Shown: positions 63,020-64,000 of the stretch, one piece after another
How positions within the stretch are numbered: position 1 is the stretch's first letter
Layout of the letters: each line of letters begins with the position of its first letter
Assembly: GCA_026770705.1 (NCBI GenBank)
Contig: JANJGN010000152.1
Location: forward strand, 248,001-312,000
Reading direction: 5' to 3'
Origin: Isurus oxyrinchus
Taxonomy: Eukaryota
Length of the DNA stretch: 64,000 bases
Notes under the pieces: generated by a model
Database searches by the model: none
Seen by the model: only the letters and a program-made list of their open reading frames with translations
What the model was told of the DNA's origin: nothing
Translations under genes and position numbers: made by a program

Positions 63020-64000
63020 GAGAGGCGGGGCTAAAGCGCAGAGAGCCTGGGGGAAAGGGCAGGCAGGTGGGGGGAAGGAAAGAGAGTTGGGGAAAAGGGT
63101 AGCGATCCAGTGGAAAGTGCATATAGATGAGGCAAAGGAATGGGCAGAGCCGGGGGAAGGGCAGGCACCCGTGGAATAAGTGCAGAGAGCTATGGGAGAA
63201 AGGGTAGAGAGGCGGGAGGGGGAAAGGGCAGGGCGGCAGAGATGGGAAAGGGCAGAGAGGCGGGAGGGGGAAAGGGCAGAGAGAGGAGAGGGGGCAAGGT
63301 CAGAGTGGGGGTATGGGCAAGGGCAGAGAGGGGGGAGTGGGCAAGGGCAGAGAGTGGGGATTGGGCAAGGGCAGAGGGACGAGAGGGGGGAAAGGGCAGA
63401 GAGGCGGAGGGGGGAAGGGCAGAGCAGCGGAGGGGGAAAGAGCAGAGAGGCAGGAGGGGGAAAGAGCAGAGAGGCGGGAGAGGGAAAGGGCAGTGAGGGG
63501 ACAAAATGGTTAATGAACTAGGGAAAAAGTCAGTGAGCCGGACAAAAGCACAGAGTCGTGGAGTAAATGCAGAGAGCTGGGGGAGAAAGGACAGAGAGGT
63601 GGGAGGGGGAAAGAGTAAAGAGGAGGCGAGCAAAGGGCAGAGAGGCGGGACGTGGAAAGGGCAGAGAGGCGGGACGTGGAAAGGGCAGAGAGGCGGGACG
63701 TGGAAAGGGCAGAGAGGCGGGACGTGGAAAGGGCAGAGAGGCAGGAGGAGGAAAGGGCAGAGAGGCAGGATGTGGAAAGGGCAGAGAGGCGGGACGTGGA
63801 AAATGCAGAGAGGCGGGACGTGGAAAGGGCAGAGAGGCAGGAGGGGGAAAGGGCAGAGAGGCGGGAGGTGGAAAGGGCAGAGAGGCGGGACGTGGAAAGG
63901 GCAGAGAGGCGGGACGTGGAAAGGGCAGAGAGGCAGGAGGGGGAAAGGGCAGAGAGACGGGAGGGGGAAAGGGCAGAGAGGCGGGAGGTGGAAAGGGCAG
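63020..64000 (+). repeat. G-rich 24-bp minisatellite GGGCAGAGAGGCGGGACGTGGAAA, running off the window end
   Basis: Degenerate from about 63020, highly regular from about 63630. Confidence 0.95.

Overview
Eukaryotic, repeat-rich DNA from a cartilaginous fish (shark-type), covering an antigen-receptor region. The left half (about 2-27 kb) holds decayed TCR alpha/delta-type V segments in both orientations, partly arranged as an old inverted duplication and broken by CR1-, RTE- and Penelope-type retroelements and SINEs. After a 130-N gap come about 9 kb of 27/54-bp satellite and then an apparently intact IgM-type heavy-chain minilocus (leader-VH-D1-D2-JH, 53.9-55.6 kb). No C exon was recognised in the following 8.4 kb. 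Top finding: the minilocus has a TCR-delta-like RSS layout (V23, 12-D1-22, 12-D2-23, 12-J). Several sequence clues suggest the 395-bp D2-JH signal segment was flipped in the germline by a RAG hybrid-joint inversion that swapped the D2 and JH RSSs. Other findings: a V pseudogene carrying an inverted copy of its own upstream region, V paralogues lacking the canonical Cys/Trp, a stearoyl-CoA desaturase exon fragment, and a G-rich RGYW-bearing minisatellite downstream of JH. All alignments were done by eye and family assignments rest on recalled motifs.
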